A stretch of 63,713 bases of DNA, the filler included, from Octopus bimaculoides (lineage: Eukaryota): assembly GCF_001194135.2 (NCBI RefSeq). It is 4 parts of 3 records of this genome, joined end to end, with 100 filler letters (N's around TTAATTAATTAA, not from the genome) between each part and the next. Parts side by side here need not be neighbours in the genome. Positions count along the whole stretch, not along the records: positions 1 to 27,046 come from NC_068982.1; 3 more parts are not named here. The stretch is one strand, 5' to 3'. Below, piece after piece: positions 13,871-27,046 of this stretch (position 1 is its first letter; each line of letters starts with the position of its first letter). The notes beneath the pieces were generated by a model. The model did not search any database. It was given only the letters and a program-made list of their open reading frames with translations, and was not told the origin of the DNA. A program made the translations under genes and the position numbers.

Positions 13871-14919
13871 TCCGTACACACAAACACACACATATATACA
13901 AATACCAACTTGGTGTGTAACGCAAATTAAATCATTGAAAAGTGAAATATGAAAAGTGTACTTAAAGATAACTATACTGCATCGTCCATCGCGATGAAAA
14001 TTGCAGTCGTTAGAAAATACACGGCATTCTCTATCCGATGCCGGTCAAACCAGCAGTAAGAAGGCAAATTGTTTTGGGACGCATGGTGTTGTAGCTAAGA
14101 AATGCGTGTCCTGAACCTAAAGAACGCGTCCGTTAGAAATTAAGAATTGGAATAATATCATATCTCTTATAGGTAACGAGCAGGAAATAGTGAACAAAGC
14201 CAAGCGCTACTGGCAAGATAGAAATGCTGTCTCTTCTGCAAAACTACCTAGCTCTGGCACCATAGATTTCGAGGAAAGATTGAAACGCAACTATACCATT
14301 GTGAGGCGAATTATGCCCGTGGAATTGGACGTATTCACAAGCTCCAGCTGTCATATTGTGTTGTATAGTGGATACTACTACATTGGAAGTTTTGCTTCCT
14401 GAAGCATAGCCTGGAGGAAGTTCCACTGTGGCTGTTGCAAGTATCTGCGACAAAAATCTAGCCCAAATACAAATCCTTTCTCGACGAAGTCATTGCAACT
14501 TTAGATGTATATAAGACCGAGTTATTTCTTGTAAAATGAGACCGCAATGAATATAATGTCTCAGATCAGTGGGCATGGAAAGGAACGATTAAGAAGAATA
14601 AAAGCCCTGAACGCAATGCAAAAAATGCCTTACTGGAATTTTGTGCTGGAAAAGGATCTCTGTTATGAAAACCTTCTTTCATATGTATACTGGGTATAGG
14701 GATATTTTGGGACATAGGTCACGGATAGAATTTGTTATTGGTAGGACCTCTTTCATTCTCTGCAATACGTACACACATATCAAACATTATACCTTCAACT
14801 GATCCAAACGTAGTTTTCTGCAAACTAGAGTGCTAAATAGGTGACCTGGTATAACCACGAATGTAAAGATGTCCTCTGAGGAAAAAAGGTGACGCAAAAA
14901 TCTTGACTTAAATTAAGTC

Positions 14920-15830
14920 TAACTCCTCACTTAGGCAATACACAGTCGTGACAGTTTGCAGCAGAGATAGTTAAAACACCCAAGCTTAAGTTATGGAAGG
15001 ACTTTGGGGGTTAAGCTAGAATGAGAATATAGATCGGGTAATAAAGTATTCTGGCAGACAAACCACGGTCTTCGTAGCAACTAGCCCTTTTCCGACACTA
15101 TTATTAAAATAGAAGTTCTCTCTCAACAGAGAAAAAGGTCCTTTGCTAAACTCCTAAATCTCCAGGAAGTACATCTACGGGAGACGATTCCTTTACTGCT
15201 ACAGTGAATGGAGTCACAGGGATGATTAGAGCGCTTAAAAATGTAATGTAACGAATCCGCTGGGAAATGTTAAATTCGGTCTGGGGCGAATTCAAAGCCT
15301 CAAATAGAACGTTAAGTACCTCGGGGCCGTATTCATGAGCAATGGCAATCCGCATACTTAACTGGATGCTAGAACAGTAGGAGATGGTACAATAATGCAC
15401 CAATTCCAGCATTCAGTGTCTGGAAAATGAGATCCTGATAAAAGCCAAACGTGCTTCTTCGATTGGCTTTTTTGGCTGTGAGCACCTATGGTTATAAATT
15501 TTGAGTAATGACCGAAAGAGTGCGATATCGAATTTCGAATACAGACTTAGGATCCTTCCGAAGGTGCGTTGCTCAAAATGAGAGAGAAAATTTATGTCAA
15601 GCTGCTATTTCTCCGCATTGCAATGGCGCAGTCCCAGCATTATGAAAATAGGACAGGATGTTGTAGGAATGACGGTTTCTTGAAGTCGAGCCAATCGGAA
15701 GTACACTTACGGGTGAATCAAAAGCAAGAGTGTTGGACAATATACATGGTCTTAGTTGGACACAAATCCAGTCCGACAGTGCAATGGCGGTTAAATCTGT
15801 TAGAACTTAAGAAGAGATTCTTGCAAACTC
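14920..15830 (+). mobile_element. Decayed RTE-clade (Rex3/Expander-like) LINE relic with RT core deleted
   Basis: WKDFGVKLE*EYRSGNKVFWQT, VTGMIRALKN..IRWEMLNS, then jumps to PQIE.FKYLGAVFMSNG, LDART, TYGYKF*VMTERVR, WRLNLLE. Confidence 0.75.
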
Positions 15831-16457
15831 TATTCATTTCCAAGGAAGAGTGGGTGGAGAATATGGATGGATGGAAGGACAATGAAAATGAGACTTAGAG
15901 GGGACATTTCAAAACGAATAATAAAGACATTCTGATAATAAAACGATTTGAAAACAACAAAGGACATCTGTAATATACTCTATTTTGTTTCCTTCGTATA
16001 GATTTAGTGTTAATTTTGGTATCACTAATTTTCCTTTGAATATAATTCAGAAACAAATAATTTATCAGCACTGAAGCAATACCCGATTTTAGAGGAAGAA
16101 CATTAGTAATTTGTCAGATACAGAACGAGGCAAAATTTCCAAGTGAAGACTGTCAAAGAAGATTCATCCAAAATACCAAACAATTAGAATTCTTATATCA
16201 TAGTCGGGTAGGTAAGACAATGTGTATCATTCTAAAAATGAAACTACTGAAATTTGTATTAAATCTACCTGCCAGACCGAGATTAACCAAGAACATGGAG
16301 TATAACAGTGTTACTAAACTGGAGTTGGACATATCTAATCTTAGTATCTATTATATCAACATTATACGTACCTTTCTTCAGAATCATGTACGTAACGAAC
16401 AAGCATTCCACTAAAACTTAACTACACACCTCATGTCACGTCCATGTATATATTCCT

Positions 16458-16491
16458 CTGTGTGTGTGTGTGTGTGTGTGTACATTCACCC

Positions 16492-16539
<48 letters not shown>

Positions 16540-16540
16540 A
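16458..16540. repeat. (TG)n and (TA)n microsatellites
   Basis: Directly visible. Confidence 0.95.
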
Positions 16541-17896
16541 AAGCTAGTAGTTTGAGATTATTATATAACCAGTACTGATACATTGTTAAAAAGAATCGAT
16601 ACATACGCTTACTCTTCCATTTTGTAATATGACGTTACTCAGATCTCACGCCTCTGTTAATGCATAATACTCAGAGGGAGCTGTCTAATGGAAACAAAGA
16701 CCATGCAATTCGATTTATGAGTGTGTTGCGAGAAACATGACTTGATGTAAAATAATACGTCGGTCGTCCACGTCTATGATTTGAGAAATGAAACCGGAGC
16801 AACATATAACTGGGAAATGGAATTTAACCCTATAAGTTTTATAGATATTTGCTTAAATATAAATGCACGCTGGAGAATGGGACTTCAGAATTTACGAATG
16901 ACTTTCATAATTTGCCGATTCCGAAATATACTATTTGAATATTACTGGGATTAATTTTACCCATCAACAGTTTAGCACTCTGACGTAAGGTCTTTAGACA
17001 AGTATATTTAGTTGCTGCGTATAGTCAGAAAATTAAACAATTCTTCGTTATAATTTTAACAATTTCCGCAGACATCAACACCGAAATCAACATGCACAGA
17101 TGCTGTCCACATGACGACAGAAGAGAAAAAATCTCATCCAATTAGTGTTACGCAGAGCCAGTGCATTTTTATAATTTGAAGCTGTACTCATATAATTGTC
17201 AGACATCATATAACAAGAAGAAACAAAAATCAATCCGCTGACAGGAAATATTAAATGGCTATAAACGGCTCCGGTGTGTAGCAGTCCACTTCATATGCAC
17301 ATTTTCCATAATGTGCTTATTAAAAGCGAGTATTTTGGTATTGCTTTTGCACCTCAAACAATGCATAATTTACAGTCTCTATTATATAATGGATATTTCA
17401 TTTTTTTTGTGTGCTATTCTTTAATCTTTTTTTAGTTTTCTTCCGTTGAGAATATCTCTAAAATTCTTGTCAGTATCTTTAATACAGACTCGCTTGAGCA
17501 TTGGCAATTATCATTAAGACAAACAGAAGTTAAATTTTACCTAATGAGAATATATGTAATGAATTTATAACAACAAGTGATAATAAGTACCTATGTCTAC
17601 TGAATAAATACTAGCGATTATAAGAAAGTGTAACATTTACTCATGAATCGCACAGGAAATATACATTGTGAAATCTTAATGACCTTATATATTACATACA
17701 TGTTTTTTTTTATATGTGTATACATATGAATATATGTATATATGTATTTATAAATGTATATTTGTATTTACATATGCATATACATGTGCGTATGCATATA
17801 TGTGTGTATGTGTGCATGTGTAAGAGTGAAAATATATGAGTACACACGCATACATGCACTCACACACATTAAATCACTTATTTATGAGTCTACTCT

Positions 17897-18498
17897 TATA
17901 TTCCATCCATAAAACGCTCATGTGCAATGAAATCCCATAAGATCCAACCTATTTACGAAATGACCTTAATGAACCTCAGATTTAGTAAATCACATTTTTC
18001 TCACTAGGCATGCAATCTTTTATTTTCTTCTCTTTCGTTCCATATCAAGTCTTTGAACTGTAAATTACATACAGGAGTGCAAAACCTTGTTGCTGTGAGC
18101 TCTGCAGAATCTATAACTGGGCAAATGGCTCTCCAAGAATATTGTTCTAAATGCCTTGCAGCATTTCTTCATCAATGTAATCTATTTAGAAATCCCTACT
18201 CGGTGAATATTCCACCATTCATGCCCGGTTTCCATGCACACCTCCACCACACATACTAAGTAAACGTTTCTCAAAATTATTGCCTCAACCTCTTTTATAA
18301 TTCAAAATTATTCATTCACGCAACATACCATAGACACTTTCGCATAAAGTGCATATGTAACCCCGCTCATTGTAAATCAATAACGCCACGGGTGTTTTCC
18401 TTATTGTCAAATACTGGGTCCCTCCGTCTCTCTTTCTCACTGTTTGTCTCTCTCATTCTTCCCCTCTCTTTCTCCCTGTTGGTCTCTTTCAAGGTTCT

Positions 18499-18547
<49 letters not shown>

Positions 18548-19240
18548 TACAAGATTTATCTCGGTTTTGTATGAAAGCTTCAGGATCCTTCATTACCCAG
18601 TATCACCTCATTGCACTCTCGCAATGCGGTGATACTGGGTAATGAAACTCCACAAACCGCACAAACACAGCGTTCTCCAACGAATTGAATGTCTCTCCCT
18701 TCCCAATGACGGCCAGCATTGTTTTCTAGGAGCTAAAGCAGTTGTGTATTTCATCCTAAACAGCTTTCGTATTCAAGAGATTTGGTGAAAGCAGTCTCGA
18801 TATGACCAAATATTTGTATCTTTAGTAAACCTCACAAAATATTTCGAACTTTGATGGAGGATTTCAGTTTGTGGTAAAGCTTATAAAGCCACAGATACAG
18901 CTTCTTCACACATTATTCGTTGCACCATTCACAACCGACGCTTTCACCTCATCTAATAAGCAATGTTAAACACACCATATATTATATTAACCCACTTCCT
19001 GATCACTCTAATTGTAGGTTTATCCATTATTTCAGTTGCTCTTGTAAGTTGTTATAATGTTCTTGTCCGGTAAATCTAATTTGTTCAAGGCAATAAGCAT
19101 CCATTGCATCCTCACAATCCCCTGTTCTCTAGATCCTTTTCTCCACGATTCATCGTTTTCTGGATCTTAGGTTATTTTGTAACAATCTCTGTATCAGCAG
19201 TGTTAATTTGAAAGTATACTGGTTCATCAATGCTAAGAAC
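17897..19240 (-). mobile_element. Very old CR1-like LINE relic (RT to 3' end), interrupted by (CT)n and a hairpin
   Basis: Weak minus-strand remnants resembling LDF..AF, LEWIRKW, VVNGA, F(A)DDT, FNxxKCxVxRF and DLGVIxD. Heavily decayed. Confidence 0.4.
18589..18646. other. Near-perfect 58-nt hairpin
   Basis: TTCATTACCCAGTATCACC (18589-18607) is the exact reverse complement of GGTGATACTGGGTAATGAA (18628-18646). One mismatch, then CATTGC/GCAATG closing a 6-nt loop. Confidence 0.95.
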
Positions 19241-19310
19241 AAACACATTATACGAATGATAGTCAGTTCAAACTTTTCTTTGTTTCTAATGTATTTTGTT
19301 ATAGATTCTA

Positions 19311-19354
<44 letters not shown>

Positions 19355-20304
19355 TCTTGGTCTTGTTGGGTGTGCTATTTATACCCACGACAGAGTTGTT
19401 GACTTAGTCTTTATTTCATAAACAGTCTTCTTTCTAACAGAATATGGAAGAGAACAAGAGAATGATTTCTTTTAGATGCATAATTTGCATTCATTTAGTT
19501 GTGATTACTACCAAATTTTAAAATTTGTGCAAAGCTCACGCAAACCAGCAATTTCTCCTCAGTAAAGTGGTTTGAGAACATCTGGAGAAGGGTTTTAATG
19601 TGAAGTCGCTTCAATATCGTACTGGTCTTTGCAAATTTAGCCGTAAGGTACAGATTTTTTCAAAGTTCAAACTAATTATAAATTTGAGTCGTAGATAATT
19701 TACTGCTTTGTGAAAAAATCATGTTTAGAAAGAGAAGACGAAGTCTACGTTAATGAAACATCCAGGCAGGATCTGTTGTAGTAAACTGTTCTATGAATAT
19801 TTACTCCAGTAAATTGAAGCGCACCTAACATGTTTACGGTAGAATACGCATTTACATTTACATTTACATAATATTTAGAACTAATGATACACAGCGTTCC
19901 CATAATTGGTAATGCTGGACTATGACAAAAGGAACTGAATTTTTACATCGAAAAATATATTAATTATTCATATGTTCAACTTATATTCATGCAGTTTCAA
20001 TTTTTGTATTTTGTTCATAATATAATTTTCGAAGTGAAGTATGTGACCAAAACAATATTTCACTAAGAAAATGTCGGACAAACCGTCTGAGACGTTAAAA
20101 CAATTAGAGTGGTTATCTTTATTCATCACTCTAAATACTCAACACCTCGAGGGTAAATCGAAATATCAGTGAAAACAAGAAGCTAATGATTGAAAATGTT
20201 CTGTATTACTCTCATGTCTCTCTGATGAATACTAACAGAAAGAATTGGTCAAGTATGTAATGACTACATACAAATAGTAAAACAAGAGATTTCACTGAAA
20301 TATT

Positions 20305-20323
20305 ACATATGTATGTGTGTATG

Positions 20324-20372
<49 letters not shown>

Positions 20373-20443
20373 GTGCATATGTTTATATATATAGATATAT
20401 ATATATATATGTATGTATATATGTATATATATATATATATATA

Positions 20444-20483
<40 letters not shown>

Positions 20484-20500
20484 AAATACGTACATACATA
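20305..20500. repeat. (TA)n/(TG)n microsatellite
   Basis: Directly visible. Confidence 0.95.
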
Positions 20501-20532
20501 TATATGGACATAGAACCATACGTTTATGTATA

Positions 20533-20920
20533 GCAGGAGTGGCTGTGTGGTAAGCAGCTTGCTTACCAACCACATGCTTCCGGGTTCAGTCCCATTGAGT
20601 AGTACCTTATGCAGATGTCTTCTACTATAGCCTCGGTCCGTTCAAAGCCTTGTGAGGAGATTTGGTTGACGGAAATTGAAACCCGTCGTATATATGTGTA
20701 TGTAAATGTTTGTGTGTCTGTGTTTGTCGCACCACTATCACTTGACAACCGATGTTGATGTGTTTGCGTCCCCGTAACAATGCGGTTTGGCAAATTAGAC
20801 CGATAGAATAAGTACTAGGCTGATAAAAAATACGTTCTGGTGTCGATTTGTTTGACTATAAGGCGGTGCTCCAGCATGGCCGCAGTCAAATGACTGAAAC
20901 AAATAAAAAAGAGAAAAAAA
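20533..20920 (+). mobile_element. tRNA-derived SINE (family 2; head GCAGGAGTGGCTGTGTGGTAAG)
   Basis: A-box TGGCTGTGTGG, B-box GGTTCAGTCCC, central AAAGCCTTGTGAG...GACGGAAA core, internal (TG/TA) tract, LINE-like 3' end GGCGGTGCTCCAGCATGGCCGCAGTCAAATGACTGAAACAAATAAAA. Resembles an abundant octopus SINE (recalled, not searched). Confidence 0.9.
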
Positions 20921-21013
20921 ACATGTACACACACACACTCTCTCTCTGTCTCTCTCTCTTCCTCTATCTTAGTACCATGGTATAGCAGCCTCCAGCAAGC
21001 AAAACACGTATTG

Positions 21014-21056
<43 letters not shown>

Positions 21057-21339
21057 AACACACACAAAAACACACATACACATACACACATACACACACA
21101 CATACGGGCATGATAGCACTAAGCAGTTATATGTATAAATATTGACATGCTCCCAGTTCAAAAAATGCTTGTGGTATATTCGAACCAGTATAAAAGGCAT
21201 CCGCTCTATTTTATCATGCAGAGAATTTCACGCTCTACAGAAATTGTTGTAAGTACATCGAGTCAGTTCACGGTGTACAATAACCAGATTGGTAAATGCA
21301 TATAATTCAGTCTGACAACATTCTCTCAGCAGCAAAGAC

Positions 21340-21787
21340 CAGAAAATATCAAGTGCAATCTAAGCTAATATCGTTTTCTTATCTGCAGATAATGTGATGG
21401 CTTCATGTTTTGAGGGATGCAAAAGTCATTTTATTTATTGTCTATCTATTATTTATTGTCTAGCATACAAGCCGTTGGCTTTAATGGCTGCTGGGGATTT
21501 GCTCTATCCTCCTAATTTGTTCCCATCTGATTATCATCTGCATTTCAACATGAAAGAAAATTACTTTGCTGGCAACACAGTACCGCAGTGATGATGAAGT
21601 CATATCTGCTGTTAATGAAGTTTTGATGAACATGATTAAAGCTTCACCAATGGGATCCAGACACTGCAATAGTGATGGAAGAAGTGTGTGGACAGCAACG
21701 GGGACCAATTTGAAAAACAAACCTCACTTAGGCACATTCTGTGAGAGTATCTTGGTCAGCTTATGAACTTTTGAACCGACGTTCGTA
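21340..21787 (+). mobile_element. mariner transposase 3' fragment with right TIR
   Basis: SA(G)(K)VMAS(VFW)DAK, YPPNLFPSDYHL (= YSPDLAPSDYHL), QYRSDDEVISAV, ..WKKCVD..G. Terminal CTTATGAACTTTTGAACCGACGTTCGTA. Confidence 0.8.
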
Positions 21788-24700
21788 AACACTTTTTTAC
21801 AGTATCAATCATAAAATGTTTGCTACTAGAAAATGGAAACTAACAAAATAGAAGGGTTGTAGCAGTGAACATTATTTTTTCTAGAAGCTGTTAAATGCTA
21901 TGATGAATTGGAATTTTGAGCAAGAAACTTTAAAGTAACAAATATATGTCATCTAAAATAGTAGAATGCAATAAAATCGATATATTTGCAATCTGTCCTC
22001 CGTGCTGCAGCCTAAGTGTATCAGTTATTTACATCGTTACAGTGGAATGATATACTTAATAAATTAGTTTATATCACTACATAACTTTCAGAAATGATTG
22101 ATACTGATAAATAATGTAACTGTCCCGACTATATTTTCAGAATCACCCTGTCATAACAAATTCCATAGTTATCCCCTCTTAATAGAAGACGGACTCTTTT
22201 ACTCCGATGTTTGACTTAACATGAAACAGTTTACCGTTTTATGATCTATTTATCGGTATCTAAAAAATATTCAAAATGCTGTGTATTACATTTTAATGAA
22301 ATATGCAAATGTATCACCTGTCAATATAACACTTTGTTCTATATTTCAGAAAATAGTAAGGGATATGTTATCAACTGTTATATCTAGGAAACCTTTAATA
22401 TTAAATTAGCCAATGTAGACATGTCGGAAGTGATAAATTTTTACACAGATATTTTACTGAGCGAAATCTCTTCTGTGGTAGAACCTCTGTTTCCAAGTAA
22501 ACTCAGTAAGTATCTGTATTGTGAAACTGTAAAAGATAAGGCTGCAAAAAGATATATCTTTAAGGAATAAGGTTTTATAATTGTATGCAAAGTGGAGAAA
22601 CTATACATTCGTCATGAATTTTTACACTCACTAAACCATAACAATTTGAATTATTCGAACACACTAAGTTAACGTGCATAACTTCCTTACTAGTTTGTTA
22701 AAAGGTAAATTCCAATTTATTTAGATTAGAATTATAAGAAGATGATAAAAAAAAAATGAGAGAGTAAAAACGGAAGTAGTGTCAAGGATTGTCAATATTC
22801 AGCACTCGATAAACGGATATTACATCATTTTCACAGCACAGAATTATACATTCAGTCAGTGAGAGAAAAGCGTTAAGGCATTATTTCAGTTTTATATCAG
22901 TACAGGAATTTTACATGGATAATTGTATTAGAAGATGGCGTCAAATCCACTTTAACCTTATTTAAATTTAATCATATGCATCTGAATCTCTAAGGATGAA
23001 CACCTAACGGAAAAGTAGAATTCGATTAAGTGAATAAAGTTTTAGATAAAAAAATTCTGAGCAGGAATATTAGAAACTGGCTTGATGGAGGGCAAATATA
23101 CAAGAAAATGTCAAGAATCTAATATCGTCGGTGTGTACATAACAAATTCCCACTAAGTATGCAGGGATATCAATTGAAACAGCTTCCAGTCAAGATGATA
23201 AAAATATCATGATATATGACATATTACGAAAACTTGGCTTATATATATAAAAATTAGATATGTGTGTGAGCTTGCGCCTGAGCATAATTACAGACAGATT
23301 GATTGATCAGTGAGGATTTAAATATCCGAAAACTCCTTTTACTTACAGCAATCACACATATCACACAGGTACACATTCACACACAGACATTTACATATAT
23401 AAATTTATATGCATGTTTGTGTCAGTTTGTTTTGTATTGTATGAATGTACAAATACACAGATACAGACATATTTATATACATATNNNNNNNNNNNNNNNN
23501 NNNNNNNNNNNNNNNNNNNNNNNNNNNNNNNNNNNNNNNNNNNNNNNNNNNNNNNNNNNNNNNNNNNNNNNNNNNNNNNNNNNNNNNNNNNNNNTATATA
23601 TATATATATATATATATATGTGTTTGTATGTTTGTACGCATATATATAAGTGTGCATGCATATACTTATCTGACAGAAACCTAAAGCAATGGAATAGGGA
23701 ACGAATATATGTGAGAAGAAACTTTAATAATTAGCATTAACGCAAATAACATTCTGCTACATCGAGTTGAAATGGCATTCTTCAAATAATGGAGAGACTA
23801 GAAAGCAGTGCCAAGTATCAATTTAGGTTCACAGTCCCATTTGCTATGCTGCCTTTGTGTACCTGTGGTAAAGGGTGGTTCTTTAAATTGTTCTGTATAG
23901 CTTCTCTGCTACTGTCAGGATTCTTTATTTTTTAGTTAGGTTATAGGCTTTGTGCATATGCCATGACAATATTATTTAGTACATGGTCCGTGTTGTGTTT
24001 TGTAGCTGTTTTTTTGCGTTCGTTTAATACGTAACTTTTCTTGTCCTATATTTTTGGGTTGTCTTATGATAAAAGCAACTTTAATCTGCATAACTTTTTC
24101 ACATGATTAGACGATGTGCTTGTAGTGCTGATTCGAAACTGATCATCTATGTGACCGGTTATTCATCACGATAAAATCACAGAAAGTTCACGTGATCGGT
24201 ATATTATGTAATCAATAAGCTTCAAATCATCATGCGATTCAAGCGTGTAGAATCTCCTCCTTGTGCCCTATAAATAGGCTGTCTTTGGTGGTAATTGCAG
24301 GTTGTTTCGGCAGCTTCGCGTTATGTCGCCATTCTCGTCCCAGCCAGATGATCAAGACAGATGGCTGATAGGCTACAGGAATCTTAATTACCGTAAATAT
24401 TGCACAACCGTGTTTGGTTAAAGGCTAACCACAAATTGTTGTATCAGTAAGCTTGTTTGTAAACTCCAAGCACTATTTCTCTTCCAGTATGTAATTATTG
24501 CTATTATTGTGTGTAAAAGACCAAGACAGTTGAAAAATATATGTGCAATAATAAAAACTTCTGATAAGCATTTCCCGAGGCTGTCAGTTACATCTTCCCG
24601 AAGCCTAAGAAATACATTTTCAATCAGCAACAACCACCGGTAATCATATCTTACTAACTGCCGACATTATAACACGCGATATTGGTGAGCCAGACGCCAA

Positions 24701-25035
24701 AACTTTTGCAGTACATGTTATGAGATTTTAAGTTGATATTTCAAAATACACCAAGTCTAACTTACAATTTTATCCTATCGGAGTCATTAAGAAAAAAGGT
24801 GCTGTCCACGTATAGGGGCTATTGCATTGAACTAGATCCTTTCTCACTAAATATGTACTGCTAAGTGCAAATGGTATTCATAATTCTCTATCATGGCAAA
24901 GATTTTAACACACTTGCATTTGCGTTAATCTTGATATTTTAAATGTGTGCATATTAAGCACAAATAGGTATAAATATTCAAATTATTATATATATGCGTA
25001 TGTAAGTATATATTGAAGCATGTATGTATCTGTGT

Positions 25036-25072
<37 letters not shown>

Positions 25073-26051
25073 AGAAGGGAGGAGAATCAAATTAAATCAA
25101 ATTAACCATCAAATAATCTTTGATTCAACCATGTTCCTGGGTTTGTGATTATCATATCGATAGCCAGTCACCAGATCACTACATTTCGAAGAAACAATTT
25201 CTCTGCTTCCATTCATCCAGAGCGTTTCATCAATCGTTATTTTGCCTTTGCTGTTATAAATATATCCATTTGTAAAAATGTAAGTCTCTGTAGATTCGTC
25301 GAGTTCTCTGCAATTATACATAAGCGCTGTATTTGATATGGAACTGAGTTGCAAACATTCACATTTTCAAAATAATTTTGGTCATTGGAATATAACCTGT
25401 ATGCAGATGTACATTTGTTAGAAAAAATTAACGAATATCTGTTTGACGTGATTTTAAATGCGGAGTTTTACACAAAAGTTCCTCACATCATGTCTATAAA
25501 ATAGGCCGTAAATTATAATTGGACATCTGATGATGTTACTTAGAAGAATAATCCATTGAAACTGTTCCCTTCCCTTTGCACATAATATGCAAGTAGTGTT
25601 AAAACGATTCGTTCTGAATTTGCAGCATTAGTTTCTTGCCAGAAAATAATTCCATACTCTTGTACCAGTCAACAATATATCACTTAGTACTTTATTATAT
25701 CCACCTCTGAATATAAAATGGATGATAACTGTTCATTTTTACAACGGGAAAGATTGATTAGATAACAGGGAAATCAATAAAACGTTTTGTGATATAGTGG
25801 TGGAATATTGTTTGAGATATTATTTACAGACACCTTTCCATAATTCCTATATTCATCTTTGATTTCTTGAATCTTCACCAGTCGCTAACTTTCATATGGA
25901 TTTCCCTGAATCTCTCAATGCCGTCTGCAGTAAACTATGTACAAGAAACAATTTTCTCTTCCAGAGCAGTATAATATGCTTATGTATGAAAAACAAACTT
26001 GTGCATCAGAGACTGAAACTGAGAGAAAAGAGGGAGGGAGAGTGAGAGAGC

Positions 26052-26098
<47 letters not shown>

Positions 26099-26458
26099 TG
26101 GGATGGAGAAAATAAGGGGGAGAAAGACAGAGAAAAGTAAGGGAGAGATAACGTGAGAGCGTGTAAGTGTCAGAAATATTATGCGCATACGAGTATATAC
26201 AATGCACAGTGATATTAGTCGTGAAAATCCTGGTCATTCTTGAAAGGGATTTGTGGAATATCTGCTATAGCTAATTTTTAAATGCTTATAATGGCGTCGG
26301 TATTGATACATCGTTGTAACATTAAGTTTGGTTGCAGATAAAAGAGAATACATATATTAATTATCGTAGAATACTGAAAACGTATATGTAATTTCTATTT
26401 TTTCAAGCAGAGGGAATGTTCTCAAAAATAGTTTCTCTCAACTTAATATATATGTGTG

Positions 26459-26612
26459 TACGCATCGTTAAAATGGCTCTTCCCACGAACACAAATTAAT
26501 TTTTTTTCGTGGAGGATAGTGGCGGACGGAAAACAAGATAGGAACACGAAACGGTGAAATAAACAAACAAAAAGGCTGTACAGCCAGACGTGGAGAAGTT
26601 ATAGTCGAGTCT
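26459..26612 (-). repeat. Dispersed repeat family A, partial copy (inverted relative to 63268-63410)
   Basis: CGCATCGTTAAAATGGCTCTTCCCACGAACACAAATTAA...GGCTGTACAGCCAGACGTGGAGAAGTT is about 90% identical by eye to the reverse complement of 63268-63407. Confidence 0.9.
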
Positions 26613-26677
26613 GCCACAGTATTTATCATTTATTGCGGTACACACACACACATACACACAAACACAACATATATATG

Positions 26678-27046
26678 AGCAGAATGTAGGCATTTAGGCT
26701 ATTTGAAATATGTTCCTGACTTATTTCAACTACTACAATTAACTGCAGTTACCGTGGAGAAGAAATCACTCTAATGGTAGAAAGATGTGAAAACACCGGC
26801 TTGTTCAGTATCACTCTCTATTAGGAATCTCAGACATCGATGTTTCGAGCTATTTTGGCTCTCGTCAATGAGATGTACCTAAGAGAAGCAACGCTGAACG
26901 AACGTAGAAAGCTATAGCTTTATTATAATCCAGTCAGTACATTGACTGTTTTGCGCTAGTAAATCGCCCGATCGCAGTAAACAACGAAGAGTTAGCAAGA
27001 AGCAGTGTTTGGGTATGAGAAGAATTTTGGATAGTTGATCTACTAG
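26678..27046 (-). mobile_element. Retrozyme-like/PLE-derived non-coding repeat, copy 1 (~340-bp unit, hammerhead-containing)
   Basis: About 70% identical by eye, same orientation, to 37561-37925. The start motif AGCAGAAT... recurs ~340 bp later (27018). Runs into a scaffold gap. Confidence 0.75.
26823..26880 (-). ncRNA. Type I hammerhead ribozyme-like motif (U3 variant)
   Basis: Minus strand: ATCTCA [stem I] TTGACGA GAGC caaaata GCTC [stem II] GAAA CA TCGA TG TC^ TGAGAT [stem I']. 6-bp stem I, 4-bp stem II with G10.1-C11.1, palindromic TCGA loop III, GUC cleavage triplet. Only deviation is C3->U. Confidence 0.8.

Noticed and set aside
18628-18650. Similarity of the hairpin 3' arm (TGATACTGGGTAATGA) to miR-8/miR-200 family
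   Set aside because: The seed does not match (AATACTG expected) and a 3-nt gap is needed; likely coincidence.
20533-20605. tRNA gene
   Set aside because: The tRNA-like A/B boxes are the head of a SINE; there is no complete cloverleaf and it continues into a SINE body.
24628-24684. Possible 57-nt plus-strand micro-exon (TTTTCAATCAG|..TTGNHILLTADIITRDI..|GTGAGC) and upstream TATA-like CTATAAATAG at ~24268
   Set aside because: No recognisable protein, on the opposite strand to the other candidate, and unsupported without transcripts.
25520-25575. CTGATGA...GAAACTGTT
   Set aside because: No credible stem I or stem II.
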